Translations under genes and position numbers: made by a program
In this document: positions 1 through 9,941 of the stretch, in pieces
Numbering within the stretch: position 1 is the stretch's first letter
Layout: each line of letters starts with the position of its first letter
Notes under the pieces: model-generated
What the model was told of the DNA's origin: nothing
Database searches by the model: none
What the model saw: only the letters and a program-made list of their open reading frames with translations
DNA from: Phycisphaerales bacterium
Lineage (GTDB): Bacteria > Planctomycetota > Phycisphaerae > Phycisphaerales > SM1A02
NCBI GenBank assembly: GCA_014238785.1
Contig: JABAAL010000006.1
Coordinates: forward strand, 13,329-77,328
DNA length: 64,000 nucleotides
Direction: 5' to 3'

Positions 1-1763
1 TCGGGCTCTACAGCTCCTGCAAAATTCCAATTCGGATCATCAACATTTTTTGTTGTTTCCACCCATGTCACGCCGACAAAAGTGCAGTTTTCAAAAATTG
101 CGTTTGTGCCAACTGGAATGCGAACATTATTGAATGACATGTCCCTGTACACAGGTCGTTGATACCAATCGTATGCGCCCTCCGCTGCAAATGGCACCCC
201 TTCCCAACCGTTTTCTGATGCAGGAATATACGTGCTTCCACCAAGCATATTCGATGCAACCTGACCTGTTGCAAGGTCACCAAAGGCCATGCCTGTCATT
301 GATTCTGTTTCGAACCAACTTTGTGCACCAATAAACATGTCAGTTGTGAATTCTGCTAACTGATCTTCTGGAAGTTGAAATTGGGCTGCTGCAATGTTTG
401 AACTTGGCACAATGGATCCTTGCACATCTGCCTGCCAGGACTCTCCACTCGCTGTTTCCCAACCAGAAACACTAACTGCGAACCCAAGCGAACCATCAAC
501 TTTTGCATATCTATCTCGTTCATCAATAATTCCGTCGTTGTACCCAAGTTCCTGATCCTTGTTATCAACAATTCCATCATTGTTACGGTCACTCTTAGCA
601 AAATCGATTAACTTCGCTAATTGCATATCTTGAGAAAACTCTTGCGTTAAACCAGAATAGCCTGCGACTGCCGCTTGCAACGGATCGTACACAACGTCTA
701 TATCGCCGTTCAAATCATACCGAGATAGAAACAAGTCCATCTGGGTGACATACTGATCTCCGTCGTAATCGGAGATTGCTCCTCCTGTGCCGATTCCTTC
801 TGTTGGATGACCGGGACGAAGGCGGTTATCTCCATCTATATCGTTTGCAAGGACAAGTGTTTTGAAAGCCGCAAGATTAGTATCCAACAAGACCGGATCG
901 ATCCCAAAAAAATCGTTCTTCATGATGAGTGGAACACCAAAATTTGCATTCAATTCATTGATTTCTGTTCCATACCTTGTGCCGATTGGACCCTCTACAA
1001 TTACGTTTCGCCCAAGCATAACTCGAGACATCGCAACAAGCGCATAATCTATTCGTTTGTCTAAATCGAATTCCATAGAAATTGACCGCGACATTTCTTC
1101 AAAACAACCAGTGCTTGTTATTAAAATCTTTGTTGTGTTTGGAATGAGTTCGTACTGTAGGCGAAAATATGTTTCCTCCGAACTATCAATTGGTATTGGC
1201 TTTAACTCTAATATATGTTCACTACTTGTTAAAGTTGGCAATGGCACATCGCTTGCAGAAATTTCTATCCAATGTGTGTCTACCTGTTCAAATACATCTT
1301 GAAGACAGTGCACAATGCCTGAGCCGCTGGGTGAACCAATGGTATATCCATTCCCAGAAGCAACGACGATGGAGCCATCGGATAATGTCCAAGTACCTCT
1401 CCAAAGTTTTTCAGCAAGGTCGCTATCTATCACTCCAGTATCAATAATAAATCGGTTCACTTCGTTCAACAACCGAATACTTCCAAATGACAGTCCAGAC
1501 TCAGCCGCAGATTGTGCCTTGGCTATACCTATCATTGCTTGTGCGCTTCGAACGTTTGTCCAAGAAACACTTGCAATCCCGGCTGTTATTGAAGCAATAA
1601 CAGTCAGCATTATCAATGCCGGAATGGTAGCCCATGCTGAACGAAGATAAATTTTACTGCAACGGATACGCGGAGTTACACAGTGTGTTTTTGGGAAACT
1701 CCTAACTATTTGTACGTTGAAATCAACGAGCAAACTGCATTGACGCAAGCAATAATATTTCAT
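1..1763 (-). CDS. Large GspK-like minor pseudopilin or pilus-tip protein with several Ca-binding DxDxDG-type loops (partial, 3' end beyond window start)
   Basis: I translated the minus strand by hand. The frame stays open for all 587 codons from the ATG at 1763-1761 to position 1. The supplied track omits it because no stop lies inside the window. The ATG overlaps the upstream TGA (ATGA at 1760-1763). It has an N-terminal hydrophobic helix (WATIPALIMLTVIASITAGIAS) followed by AQSAAESGL, as in GspK. Loops seen: DIDGDNRL, DYDGDQYV, DLNGDIDV, DRNNDGIVDNKD, YNDGIIDERD. The start codon is uncertain because the leader would be 40 aa long. Confidence 0.7.
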   Translation of the reverse strand, partial: MKYYCLRQCSLLVDFNVQIVRSFPKTHCVTPRIRCSKIYLRSAWATIPALIMLTVIASITAGIASVSWTNVRSAQAMIGIAKAQSAAESGLSFGSIRLLNEVNRFIIDTGVIDSDLAEKLWRGTWTLSDGSIVVASGNGYTIGSPSGSGIVHCLQDVFEQVDTHWIEISASDVPLPTLTSSEHILELKPIPIDSSEETYFRLQYELIPNTTKILITSTGCFEEMSRSISMEFDLDKRIDYALVAMSRVMLGRNVIVEGPIGTRYGTEINELNANFGVPLIMKNDFFGIDPVLLDTNLAAFKTLVLANDIDGDNRLRPGHPTEGIGTGGAISDYDGDQYVTQMDLFLSRYDLNGDIDVVYDPLQAAVAGYSGLTQEFSQDMQLAKLIDFAKSDRNNDGIVDNKDQELGYNDGIIDERDRYAKVDGSLGFAVSVSGWETASGESWQADVQGSIVPSSNIAAAQFQLPEDQLAEFTTDMFIGAQSWFETESMTGMAFGDLATGQVASNMLGGSTYIPASENGWEGVPFAAEGAYDWYQRPVYRDMSFNNVRIPVGTNAIFENCTFVGVTWVETTKNVDDPNWNFAGAVEP

Positions 1764-2272
1764 CTCGATGCAATCCATGGCAATCTCGTTATTTCTTCTC
1801 CCTCGTGCAATACAGTTACTACGATTCGAATTGACTCTGTGGATCCGTCTGCAACAATTTGGGTGACATCAAATGGGTTTACACATAAGACTGTTATTTG
1901 CTGTTCCCATCCATTCATACCAACTATTATTGTTCCCGTTGCATCGATAGGTCCATTCCCCGCTGTATCAGAAAAAACCGCACCATCCAAATCATCTAGG
2001 TCATCTATATCTTGCGGAACAACTTCGCCAACTTCAACGCCCCAAGTAGCGTTGCCTGTAATAGGATCATTCGATGGAAGTAATAAAGACATCTCCCTAA
2101 TTTCTGTTGCAAGTCGCATCCCCGTTGCCAGTTCATCGGAAGCAACCGTTTGGATGTGCCATGCTTGCTGTGAACCTACAAGCGCAACAACACCAATGCC
2201 AATCACCGCAATTGCTGCCGCTGATTCAACAATCCAAAAGCCACGACGAAACTGTGCTTCTCGACGATTCAT
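1760..2272 (-). CDS. Type IV pilin-like / pseudopilin protein (prepilin-type N-terminus)
   Basis: 170-aa ORF. The N-terminus RRGFWIVESAAAIAVIGIGVVAL fits the class III signal G|FxxxE followed by a hydrophobic helix. It overlaps both neighbouring genes by 4 nt. Confidence 0.75.
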   Translation of the reverse strand: MNRREAQFRRGFWIVESAAAIAVIGIGVVALVGSQQAWHIQTVASDELATGMRLATEIREMSLLLPSNDPITGNATWGVEVGEVVPQDIDDLDDLDGAVFSDTAGNGPIDATGTIIVGMNGWEQQITVLCVNPFDVTQIVADGSTESIRIVVTVLHEGEEITRLPWIASR

Positions 2273-3498
2273 CCTGAAACCACCGCGCTCATCTTAAAGA
2301 TTGGAAGAATAATCGCCATCGCGATGAACCCTACGATTCCGCCCATAAATATAATCATCACTGGCTCTAGCAAACTTGTAAATGTTTTTACAGCATCACG
2401 CAATACTCGATCGTAGTATTCCGAAATTTCTTCGAGCACATCACCTAATTTTCCTGACTCCTCGCCAGCAGAAATCATCTGAATTACTGGCTTTGGCAAT
2501 AGAGTTGTTGTGTTAAGGACTTCGTGAATTCGCTTGCCATCCGAAATACCCTCACCGACGTCCTGCCAGAGCTTGTGATATTGACGGTTTCCTGCAATGT
2601 TGCTTGTCACTTCGAGTGCGCTGAGAATTGGAACGCCGGCGTTAACAAGTTCGCCAAGCGTTTGCAATGAACGCATAATATAAAGCGCTCGCAACATTTT
2701 TTTAAGAACAGGAAAACGCAATTTTAAAACATCAATGAGCACACCGCCTCGTTCTGTTCTTCCACAAAGATAGAGCGTGCCAGTAAACGCCGCAAGAAAA
2801 ATAGGCACAGTCCACCAATATATGGTCATCCATGCACTTAAATCCATTAAAAAAATTGTTGGCCATGGCAATACGGATTCTTTTCCGGCAAATACGCCGG
2901 CGAAACGAGGTAACACAAATGTCAACAAGAAAATAGTAACAATAGTTGCCAGCCCACCTATAACTGCAGGGTAAATACTAGCCCCAACAATCATCTTCTT
3001 TGTTTCAATCTGCCGTGTAATTATTTTCGCTATACGATCAAGCATGTGACCGAATGAGCCCGACAATTCACTTGCGCGTACCATGTTTACGTAAAGCGGG
3101 GAAAACAGTTTTGGGAATTTAGAAATTGCATCAGAGAATGTACACCCTGCTTCAATATCCTCAATAATCGTTTCTAAAACAACTTTAAATTTATCATTTT
3201 CTACATGTTCACAAATTCCACCAATTGACATCCGCAAACTTATGCCCGCGCGAACCATAACTGCTAATTGCGTCGTAAAGTCCAGAATATCTTTTTTAGA
3301 GGGTCCGTTTCCCGCATTAAGAACCGACCATACTTTTCTCCAGAAGCCAGTCTCGATAGTGTTTAGTGGAACGAGGCGCACTATTCTACCCCCGCGATTT
3401 TTCAACGCAGAAGCTGCGCCAGAAGCGGACTGCGCTACTAACTGGCCGACCAACAGATCTCCGCTTTCTTGTTGCAATTCATAGCGGTAGGCTGGCAT
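2269..3498 (-). CDS. pilC: Type II secretion / type IV pilus platform protein (GspF/PilC family)
   Basis: 409 aa with the duplicated GspF-type architecture, polytopic membrane segments and a typical C-terminus (LLEPVMIIFMGGIVGFIAMAIILPIF). Confidence 0.9.
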   Translation of the reverse strand: MPAYRYELQQESGDLLVGQLVAQSASGAASALKNRGGRIVRLVPLNTIETGFWRKVWSVLNAGNGPSKKDILDFTTQLAVMVRAGISLRMSIGGICEHVENDKFKVVLETIIEDIEAGCTFSDAISKFPKLFSPLYVNMVRASELSGSFGHMLDRIAKIITRQIETKKMIVGASIYPAVIGGLATIVTIFLLTFVLPRFAGVFAGKESVLPWPTIFLMDLSAWMTIYWWTVPIFLAAFTGTLYLCGRTERGGVLIDVLKLRFPVLKKMLRALYIMRSLQTLGELVNAGVPILSALEVTSNIAGNRQYHKLWQDVGEGISDGKRIHEVLNTTTLLPKPVIQMISAGEESGKLGDVLEEISEYYDRVLRDAVKTFTSLLEPVMIIFMGGIVGFIAMAIILPIFKMSAVVSG

Positions 3499-3508
3499 GT
3501 GTTGTTCC

Positions 3509-4594
3509 TTATGCGGCTAAAGTCATTTGTAATCTCTGTGGATCGGTTGAGTTTGCGATTGCGATACTTTCTTCTACAAGGCCATTAAAAACTAACGTGG
3601 CAATTGAAGCATCTCTTGAAATCATCCCAAATCGACTATTTGTTTCTATTACATTTGCAATTTCAAATGTACGAGCTTCGCGAATGATGTTTCGAACAGC
3701 CGGATTGCATAATAAAATTTCAACTGCTGGCACCATTCCTCCATCTATCTTTGGAAGAAGGGTTTGCGAAATTACAGATTTTAATGTGTTTGCAAGCATC
3801 GAACGAACTTGTGATTGCTGATTCGCTGGATACATGTCAACAATCCTTTCCACTGTTTGTGAAGCGTTTACGGTGTGCAATGTTGAAAGAACAAGATGAC
3901 CGGTCTCTGCAGCAGAAATTGCCAATGAAGTCGTTTCTAAATCGCGCATTTCGCCAACTAAAATAATATCTGGATCCTGTCTAAGTGCATGTTTCAATCC
4001 AGAAGCAAAACTAGGCATGTCTCTTCCAAGTTCGCGCTGCTCAACCAAGCAGCCTTTGGAATCAAAGGTATATTCAACAGGATCCTCAAGCGTAATAATG
4101 TGTTTATGTTTTGAGGTATTAATCCGTTCTAATAACGATGCAAGCGTTGTGGATTTTCCAGAACCTGTGTCTCCCGTTACTAATACTAATCCTCGAGGCA
4201 ATTCAGCTAAAGGTGCAATTGCAGCCGGCAAATTCAAAGACTCTAATGGAGGTATCTTTGTCTTCACTGTTCTCATCGCAATAGCAGGCATACCGCGCTG
4301 CAGATGTACATTCACTCTGTAGCGACACTCTTGGGTTGCCCAGGATAAATCCACGTCTTGTTGCTTGTGATATGTTTCTAGTTGTGTTTCGGTAAGCATC
4401 GTTGCAATATGCGTATTCAATTCTTCAGCTTCAAGTATTGGCTGATCTACGGTAATCAAACCCGTATCCACACGAATAATTGGTGATTCACCTGACACAA
4501 GATGAATGTCAGATGCCCCCTGTTGCATAGCAGCAGCAAGAATTGCTTTTATATCCATACAAACACCATCGGAAATGGATTCGAACCACTTCAA
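3509..4594 (-). CDS. pilT: PilT-family retraction ATPase
   Basis: Walker A GDTGSGKSTT, Asp box ITLEDPVEY, Walker B DPDIILVGEMRD, His box GHLVLSTLHT. The length and the lack of an N-terminal GspE_N domain fit PilT. The true start may be the Met at 4558 (MDIKAIL). Confidence 0.9.
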   Translation of the reverse strand: MKWFESISDGVCMDIKAILAAAMQQGASDIHLVSGESPIIRVDTGLITVDQPILEAEELNTHIATMLTETQLETYHKQQDVDLSWATQECRYRVNVHLQRGMPAIAMRTVKTKIPPLESLNLPAAIAPLAELPRGLVLVTGDTGSGKSTTLASLLERINTSKHKHIITLEDPVEYTFDSKGCLVEQRELGRDMPSFASGLKHALRQDPDIILVGEMRDLETTSLAISAAETGHLVLSTLHTVNASQTVERIVDMYPANQQSQVRSMLANTLKSVISQTLLPKIDGGMVPAVEILLCNPAVRNIIREARTFEIANVIETNSRFGMISRDASIATLVFNGLVEESIAIANSTDPQRLQMTLAA

Positions 4595-4658
4595 TCGATA
4601 GACAATAAATCAATTAGGTCATGATACTCATACTGATTGTTTGGATTATGGCGGATGA

Positions 4659-5117
4659 CTACTCGGCTATCGCAGGCACTTGTAGTACATCGTGTGCCCG
4701 AACCGATACCATCGGCTTCCAAATCCCTATATCTACTAATGTCTGAGATATTGCCTTGGGTGGAATAAATCCCAGGGTTCCAGAGAGTTGCCAATAAATT
4801 TCATCTTGATCAACCACAAATTCCCTAGGAATCACAACGGGAATAGAGTTTGTAATCGATAACGAATAGGGAATTGTTTTTTCTGCCGATGCAAGACCAG
4901 TGTATATGGTTCGCCCGCCAGAAGTCACTTCATAGTTGTACAGCAATAACTGTAACGGAAAGTCGTTTTTGTTTGCAATTTCAAATTCGACGTCAAACGT
5001 AAACGCATCTTGCGTTGATTGTGTGACAACAGCGTCGAGGTACTGCACAGTTGGTTGTTTCACGCCACAACCAACGCCGACACAAAAAAGACACAGTAAT
5101 ACTACGTTTCGAACCAT
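4659..5117 (-). CDS. Lipoprotein, LEA_2 (LEA14/NDR1-HIN1-like) fold candidate
   Basis: Signal peptide with a lipobox-like VGVGC. The pattern FTFDVEFEIANKNDFPLQLLLYNYEVTSGG resembles bacterial LEA type 2 lipoproteins. Confidence 0.55.
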   Translation of the reverse strand: MVRNVVLLCLFCVGVGCGVKQPTVQYLDAVVTQSTQDAFTFDVEFEIANKNDFPLQLLLYNYEVTSGGRTIYTGLASAEKTIPYSLSITNSIPVVIPREFVVDQDEIYWQLSGTLGFIPPKAISQTLVDIGIWKPMVSVRAHDVLQVPAIAE

Positions 5118-5167
5118 ACCACGTCTACTGTACCAAACCTAAAGCAACGCGTAATTACAAACATATA

Positions 5168-5617
5168 TTATTGAATTGAAATTTCTTTGTTGAGCATAAG
5201 GAATGGTTGTTCAAAGCTATCACCAATCATCACGATGTGGTCTTCTGCTATGGGGAGCAGATGCTGATATCTCGAATATTGATTCCACCAAATAGAAAGC
5301 GTAACTAGAATGAGCAGGGCGCACCAAGATGCGAGCTCACTCTGACGTTTTCGCCGTATTCGGTAGAGTAACGTAACGCAAACAGCAACTGTCAACGCCT
5401 TATAGAGCACAAGTGGCCAAACTGAATTGGTTGTTTGAAGCAACCATAGCGCTATTGGATTCCCCTCGCTCATGCCAACTGAGGTGAGATACGAAATCGT
5501 CAGGAATAAATCAGCCAAACTGAGGATAATCACACCGCTTAGAAGCCATGTCACTCGTTCTGATCTCTGCACTTCAGCAGGACAATAGAGTATTAGGTTG
5601 GAACAAAGTTCTTTCAT
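5168..5617 (-). CDS. Small integral membrane protein (DUF5658-like)
   Basis: 149 aa with about four hydrophobic helices. The motif LADLFLTISYLTSVGMSEGNP is reminiscent of the D..T...G.E.NP signature. Confidence 0.6.
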   Translation of the reverse strand: MKELCSNLILYCPAEVQRSERVTWLLSGVIILSLADLFLTISYLTSVGMSEGNPIALWLLQTTNSVWPLVLYKALTVAVCVTLLYRIRRKRQSELASWCALLILVTLSIWWNQYSRYQHLLPIAEDHIVMIGDSFEQPFLMLNKEISIQ

Positions 5618-5755
5618 GAGTCTGTGTCTACTACCCCGGCAATTTGAAACAAGTTCGCTAGAGTTTCATATCGAACCGATAACCACGAAAGTGCAGTTCA
5701 GTTTTCGTTATTTACATTTTTTTAAGAAAACAAGCGGGATTATCGGTCTTTCACC

Positions 5756-5986
5756 TTGACAAGACACCGTATTTCGATATCAATACGCAAAACACCGTTT
5801 TCTATGCAATCAACAAATACACAACTAAGCGATCAGCCCTCTGGATTCCACTTCGATTCCAATAATTTTGCCATGACATTCTCTACCGTTGGAACTACTT
5901 ACGCGCAGGTGCAAACCATCAGCATTGACGAGTGGAAAGAAGAAGATGACCAAGATAGTGAAGAAGAAAAAGACATCGAAGTCTAA
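5756..5986 (+). CDS. Hypothetical small protein with acidic tail (doubtful)
   Basis: The ORF has a TTG start, with an internal ATG for MQSTNTQ. No recognisable domain. The acidic C-terminus continues in frame past the TAA stop (see findings). Confidence 0.3.
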   Translation: MTRHRISISIRKTPFSMQSTNTQLSDQPSGFHFDSNNFAMTFSTVGTTYAQVQTISIDEWKEEDDQDSEEEKDIEV

Positions 5987-6041
5987 AGAGACCCTGATTT
6001 AGAATATGGGGATGAAGAAGAAAAAGAACCAGTAGAAGATG

Positions 6042-6848
6042 TTACGTACCGCTAATTTTTTCATTTGAGCGACCGTGTTTACCCGCGGCTGAAAGCGCTA
6101 ACGCGTCACAAAGAGTTTGAATAGGAGCATGTTCTCCGAGTTCGTCGAGAATTTCCACCATCTTCACTGCAAGAGGGCTACCATTGTCTCTGAATAATCG
6201 ACGGTGCGCTTCTTTCATCGCATCGATTTGCACATCTGAGTACCCACGGCGGGACATCGCAACGATATTCACCGCACGAACCTCTGCAGGAGTTCCCTCA
6301 ACAATCATGTAAGGCGGCACATCTCGAATGATTCGAGCGAGCCCACCAACATAGGAACACCTGCCAATTCTTGCGAATTGATTAATACCCGCACCGCCTC
6401 CAATAGTGGCGCAATCTTCAACTGTAATATGACCAGCCAACATTACTTGGTTTGCAATGATTAGGTCGCTCCCAAGAATACAGTCATGCGCTACATGCGA
6501 CGCAACCATGAGTAAATTATCACTGCCAACAATTGTTTTCCCGCCACCACTTGCAGTTCCACGATGAATAGTCACGTGTTCTCGAATTTGATTTCGATCG
6601 CCAACTTCTAATATCGTGGTTTCACCATCAAATTTTTTATCTTGAGGGTCTCCACCTATCACGCAATATGGATAGAGTTGGTTGTCTTCTCCAATTGAAG
6701 TATCACTTTGCACCGTAACGTGGTGTAAGAGGTTCGTCCCCGAGCCAATTGAAACGCGTGGTCCAACAACACAGTAAGGCCCAATTGTTGCGTGTTCATC
6801 AATAGTCGAGGATGTGTCAATAATGGCTGTGGAATGGATATTTGACAT
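6042..6848 (-). CDS. lpxA: Acyl-ACP--UDP-N-acetylglucosamine O-acyltransferase
   Basis: Left-handed beta-helix hexapeptide repeats, MSNIHSTAIID start, C-terminal helical domain. I chose the start at 6848, directly after the lpxC/fabZ stop, rather than the 6929 extension. Confidence 0.9.
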   Translation of the reverse strand: MSNIHSTAIIDTSSTIDEHATIGPYCVVGPRVSIGSGTNLLHHVTVQSDTSIGEDNQLYPYCVIGGDPQDKKFDGETTILEVGDRNQIREHVTIHRGTASGGGKTIVGSDNLLMVASHVAHDCILGSDLIIANQVMLAGHITVEDCATIGGGAGINQFARIGRCSYVGGLARIIRDVPPYMIVEGTPAEVRAVNIVAMSRRGYSDVQIDAMKEAHRRLFRDNGSPLAVKMVEILDELGEHAPIQTLCDALALSAAGKHGRSNEKISGT

Positions 6849-6850
6849 GA

Positions 6851-8218
6851 TTAATTTTGCTCTGCATCTACCATCATAAACCGGATTTGGGCTTCTGCGG
6901 CAAGCCGCGAGCCAACAAATGCCTTGCATTGCAACGCTGCGGTTCTCACGCCAGCCCTAATTGAGATTGCTTCGAGTACAAGTTGGTCTCCTGGGGTGAC
7001 AGGATGCCGCAATTTAACCCTGTCCAAACTCAATAAAACAGCTAATTTACCCGTATGCTCTAATTTTCGGCTCATAAGAAGGCCGCCAAGTTGCGCCATT
7101 GCCTCAACGATTAACACCCCAGGCATAATGGGTGTGCCAGGGTAATGGCCTTGGAAAAATGGTTCATTAATTGTTACATTTTTCACCCCAACCGCCCTGC
7201 TATCACCGTCCATTTCAACAACGCGATCAACGAGGAGCATCGGATATCGATGCGGCATGATGCGTTGAATTTCTCGAACATCCATCTGCAAGCCACTTGC
7301 AACTGCATCGCTTCGTTTAGCAACCTTTTGTTGCTCAAGAATCGCTTTGCATAGTTTTCGATTAAGCGCATGACCCGATCGGCTTGCAACGATTCTTCCC
7401 TGAATAAACGCACCTGCAAGATATAGATCCCCAACAATGTCTAAGATTTTGTGGCGAGCAGGCTCATTATCGAAGCGATATTCATTATCAATTGGTCCAT
7501 CTTCACCAATCACCAACATGTCTGCAGGCGTCAGATGTGTACACAAACCTTGTGATTGAAGGGCTTGCGCTTCTTCTTGCAAACTAAATGTTCTTGCGGG
7601 CGCGACATCTGTGCTGTACGAACCTGTCTCACTATTCCAGCCCTGTGTTTGTCGCGCTATTCGCGAACCCTCTTTTTCATAATCAAGGTCATATACAACA
7701 TGTAAACCCTTCTGGTGCGAAGGGAACGCGGCAATCATAGCGTTGCCGTCCTGTAAACAAATTGGCTCTGTCACAGAAATAAAACGCCTTGGCAAATCTT
7801 GTTCGACGGTTCCAACTTTTAGTATCTGCTCTGTAAATGGCAATGCCGATCCATCGCCGCAAGGGACCTCCGGACCATCAATCCGAATCGTCGCATTGTC
7901 GATTCCCAAGCCAGAAAGTGCTGACATAATGTGTTCTATTGTTTCAACAGTGATATCGCCACTTATCAATGTTGTTCGACGAGCGCGGCTTGTCGTATTT
8001 GAAACAAGAGCCGGAATGGTTACATTCGGTTCAATATCTGTTCGCTCAAATACAATGCCCTCCCCAGCGGGAGCGGGCTCAATTAAGACATCAACATCTT
8101 TGCCAGTAAGGAGCCCCTTGCCACTGAAGGTAACCGGCCTTGCAAGTGTGCACTGCATGGGCATGGTATTGACCGCTTGCGATTCTGCTTGCTGAGTTTG
8201 TTTTGTTGATTCTGCCAT
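6851..8218 (-). CDS. lpxC/fabZ: Bifunctional UDP-3-O-acyl-GlcNAc deacetylase / 3-hydroxyacyl-ACP dehydratase (LpxC-FabZ fusion)
   Basis: The N-terminal two thirds are LpxC-like (TLARPVTFSGKGLLTGK, EHIMSALSGLGIDN, HKILDIVGDLYL, SGHALN). The C-terminal part is a FabZ hotdog domain (LPHRYPMLLVDRV, FFQGHYPG.PIMPGVLIVEAMAQ). Confidence 0.92.
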   Translation of the reverse strand: MAESTKQTQQAESQAVNTMPMQCTLARPVTFSGKGLLTGKDVDVLIEPAPAGEGIVFERTDIEPNVTIPALVSNTTSRARRTTLISGDITVETIEHIMSALSGLGIDNATIRIDGPEVPCGDGSALPFTEQILKVGTVEQDLPRRFISVTEPICLQDGNAMIAAFPSHQKGLHVVYDLDYEKEGSRIARQTQGWNSETGSYSTDVAPARTFSLQEEAQALQSQGLCTHLTPADMLVIGEDGPIDNEYRFDNEPARHKILDIVGDLYLAGAFIQGRIVASRSGHALNRKLCKAILEQQKVAKRSDAVASGLQMDVREIQRIMPHRYPMLLVDRVVEMDGDSRAVGVKNVTINEPFFQGHYPGTPIMPGVLIVEAMAQLGGLLMSRKLEHTGKLAVLLSLDRVKLRHPVTPGDQLVLEAISIRAGVRTAALQCKAFVGSRLAAEAQIRFMMVDAEQN

Positions 8219-8252
8219 TAGTCTTTACTCCTGCTCACGCAGGCGCTTATCG

Positions 8253-9326
8253 TTATTTTTGCTCGCGGTGCATATCCGCGATAATTCTTGGCAGTTTACG
8301 AGTTGACGACCATTGTCGCAACGCATCCCTGACTGGACTCGCTGGCAAGCCCAACCACTTTTCGCCAGCGGGTATATCGTTCATTACACCACTTTTCGCC
8401 CCAATTTTTGCGCCATCGCCGATAACACAGTGTGGGGAAATACCTACATTACCGCCGATTTGCACCCAATTTCCTATCACAACCGAGCCAGCAATAGCTG
8501 AAGTGGCTGAAATAGCGCAATTTTCCCCAATTATGCAATTGTGACCAACTTGTACCAAATTATCAATTTTTGTCCCTGATCCAATGACTGTTGGCGAAAA
8601 TTTTCCCCTATCAATACACGAATTCGAGCCAATTTCAACATTATTTCCTACTTCTACATTTCCAATGTGTTGAATTTTAATCAGGTGTGTTTGCTCCTCG
8701 TTTACACAATACCCAAAACCATCTGTGCCAAGAACGACATTTCCATGCAGGATGCAACCCTCGCCCACGTTGCAATGCTGACCAATCACTACACCGGGGT
8801 AGAGTATTGTTCCAGCCCCAATACAAGCGCCTTTACCAATTCTAGTACCCGAGTGCAGGGAAACATTGTTAGCAATGACCGCATCGTCTGCAACGACAAC
8901 AAATGGTCCAATCCTCACATGAGCGCCAATACTTGCGCTCGAAGAAATGACCGCAGTTGTATGCACGCCTAGTTCGGGCAAATCATCTTCTCGTGCAAAG
9001 AGAGACAACACCGTAGCCATTGCAACTTCAACATTGTCAACCCAGAGCAGTGTTCGTTTCGATGCATCGTGCTCTGGAATCTGAATTCCATTTGGAACAA
9101 TGCCAATTGATGCAGCACTCTCCTTCCAGCACTTCGAGTACTTTGCGTTCACCATAAATGTTATATCACCTGCAACAGCATCCGCAAGCGATGAACATCC
9201 TGTGCCTAGCGTGTCGGATAGACCATCGACACGTGCGCCGATTGTTTCTGCAAGGTATCCGGCTGTATATTGTTTCAATAGCACGGGCTTGTCCTTAGCG
9301 AACAGCCATCTCATCAAAAGATGCAT
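8253..9326 (-). CDS. lpxD: UDP-3-O-acylglucosamine N-acyltransferase
   Basis: N-terminal LpxD domain followed by a long hexapeptide beta-helix. A GTG at 9284 (VLLKQYTAGYLAE), 11 nt after the skp stop, is a plausible alternative start that avoids the 32-nt overlap. Confidence 0.88.
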   Translation of the reverse strand: MHLLMRWLFAKDKPVLLKQYTAGYLAETIGARVDGLSDTLGTGCSSLADAVAGDITFMVNAKYSKCWKESAASIGIVPNGIQIPEHDASKRTLLWVDNVEVAMATVLSLFAREDDLPELGVHTTAVISSSASIGAHVRIGPFVVVADDAVIANNVSLHSGTRIGKGACIGAGTILYPGVVIGQHCNVGEGCILHGNVVLGTDGFGYCVNEEQTHLIKIQHIGNVEVGNNVEIGSNSCIDRGKFSPTVIGSGTKIDNLVQVGHNCIIGENCAISATSAIAGSVVIGNWVQIGGNVGISPHCVIGDGAKIGAKSGVMNDIPAGEKWLGLPASPVRDALRQWSSTRKLPRIIADMHREQK

Positions 9327-9912
9327 TCATATACTCGATGAGTGTATCTGTTACATCCATTTCTGGATTTGCGTACAACATTCGGCGAGCTCCAATTGCC
9401 GCTGACATATCAATAGTGTCTCCTTCGGGTAATTGCACTACCGTCTCGTTTACAAATACATAGTCCCAACCATTTTGACTAGACAACGTAATGATTGCTT
9501 CCTTTATGCTGTTGAACACGTGTCGCATACCTCTTGATTCTTCACGTGCCTTCATTAAAATTCCATAATCGTTTAATGACTCATACTCAAACAGTTCCAG
9601 TTGTTGTTGTTGCTCCAACTCATTCCATTTAACTGAACCAGGCTGATACAACTCAAATTCTTCAGCATAATCATCAATATGACGGCGCCGGGCTTCTTTG
9701 TCTTCTTCAATTTTATTGATTAAAGATTGCGCTTTTGCTTCCTCCCACGCTCGTTCTTCTAAGGAGAAAAGCACCCTCGATATGTCAATGGAGACAAGGG
9801 CTGCGGGGGTTACGCTTGCTAGTTTTCGCAAAGCATATGTCTGCCAAGCCATGGCGCCAATCACGATGATTATCGCAGTACATAAAAAAGTAGATTTAGT
9901 CAGGTCTTTCAT
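9295..9912 (-). CDS. skp: OmpH/Skp-like periplasmic chaperone
   Basis: N-terminal membrane or signal helix and a coiled-coil-rich charged body. It sits between bamA and lpxD, the canonical skp position. Confidence 0.7.
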   Translation of the reverse strand: MKDLTKSTFLCTAIIIVIGAMAWQTYALRKLASVTPAALVSIDISRVLFSLEERAWEEAKAQSLINKIEEDKEARRRHIDDYAEEFELYQPGSVKWNELEQQQQLELFEYESLNDYGILMKAREESRGMRHVFNSIKEAIITLSSQNGWDYVFVNETVVQLPEGDTIDMSAAIGARRMLYANPEMDVTDTLIEYMNASFDEMAVR

Positions 9913-9941
9913 TTCAATCCTTTATTCAACGACTTTGCCGT

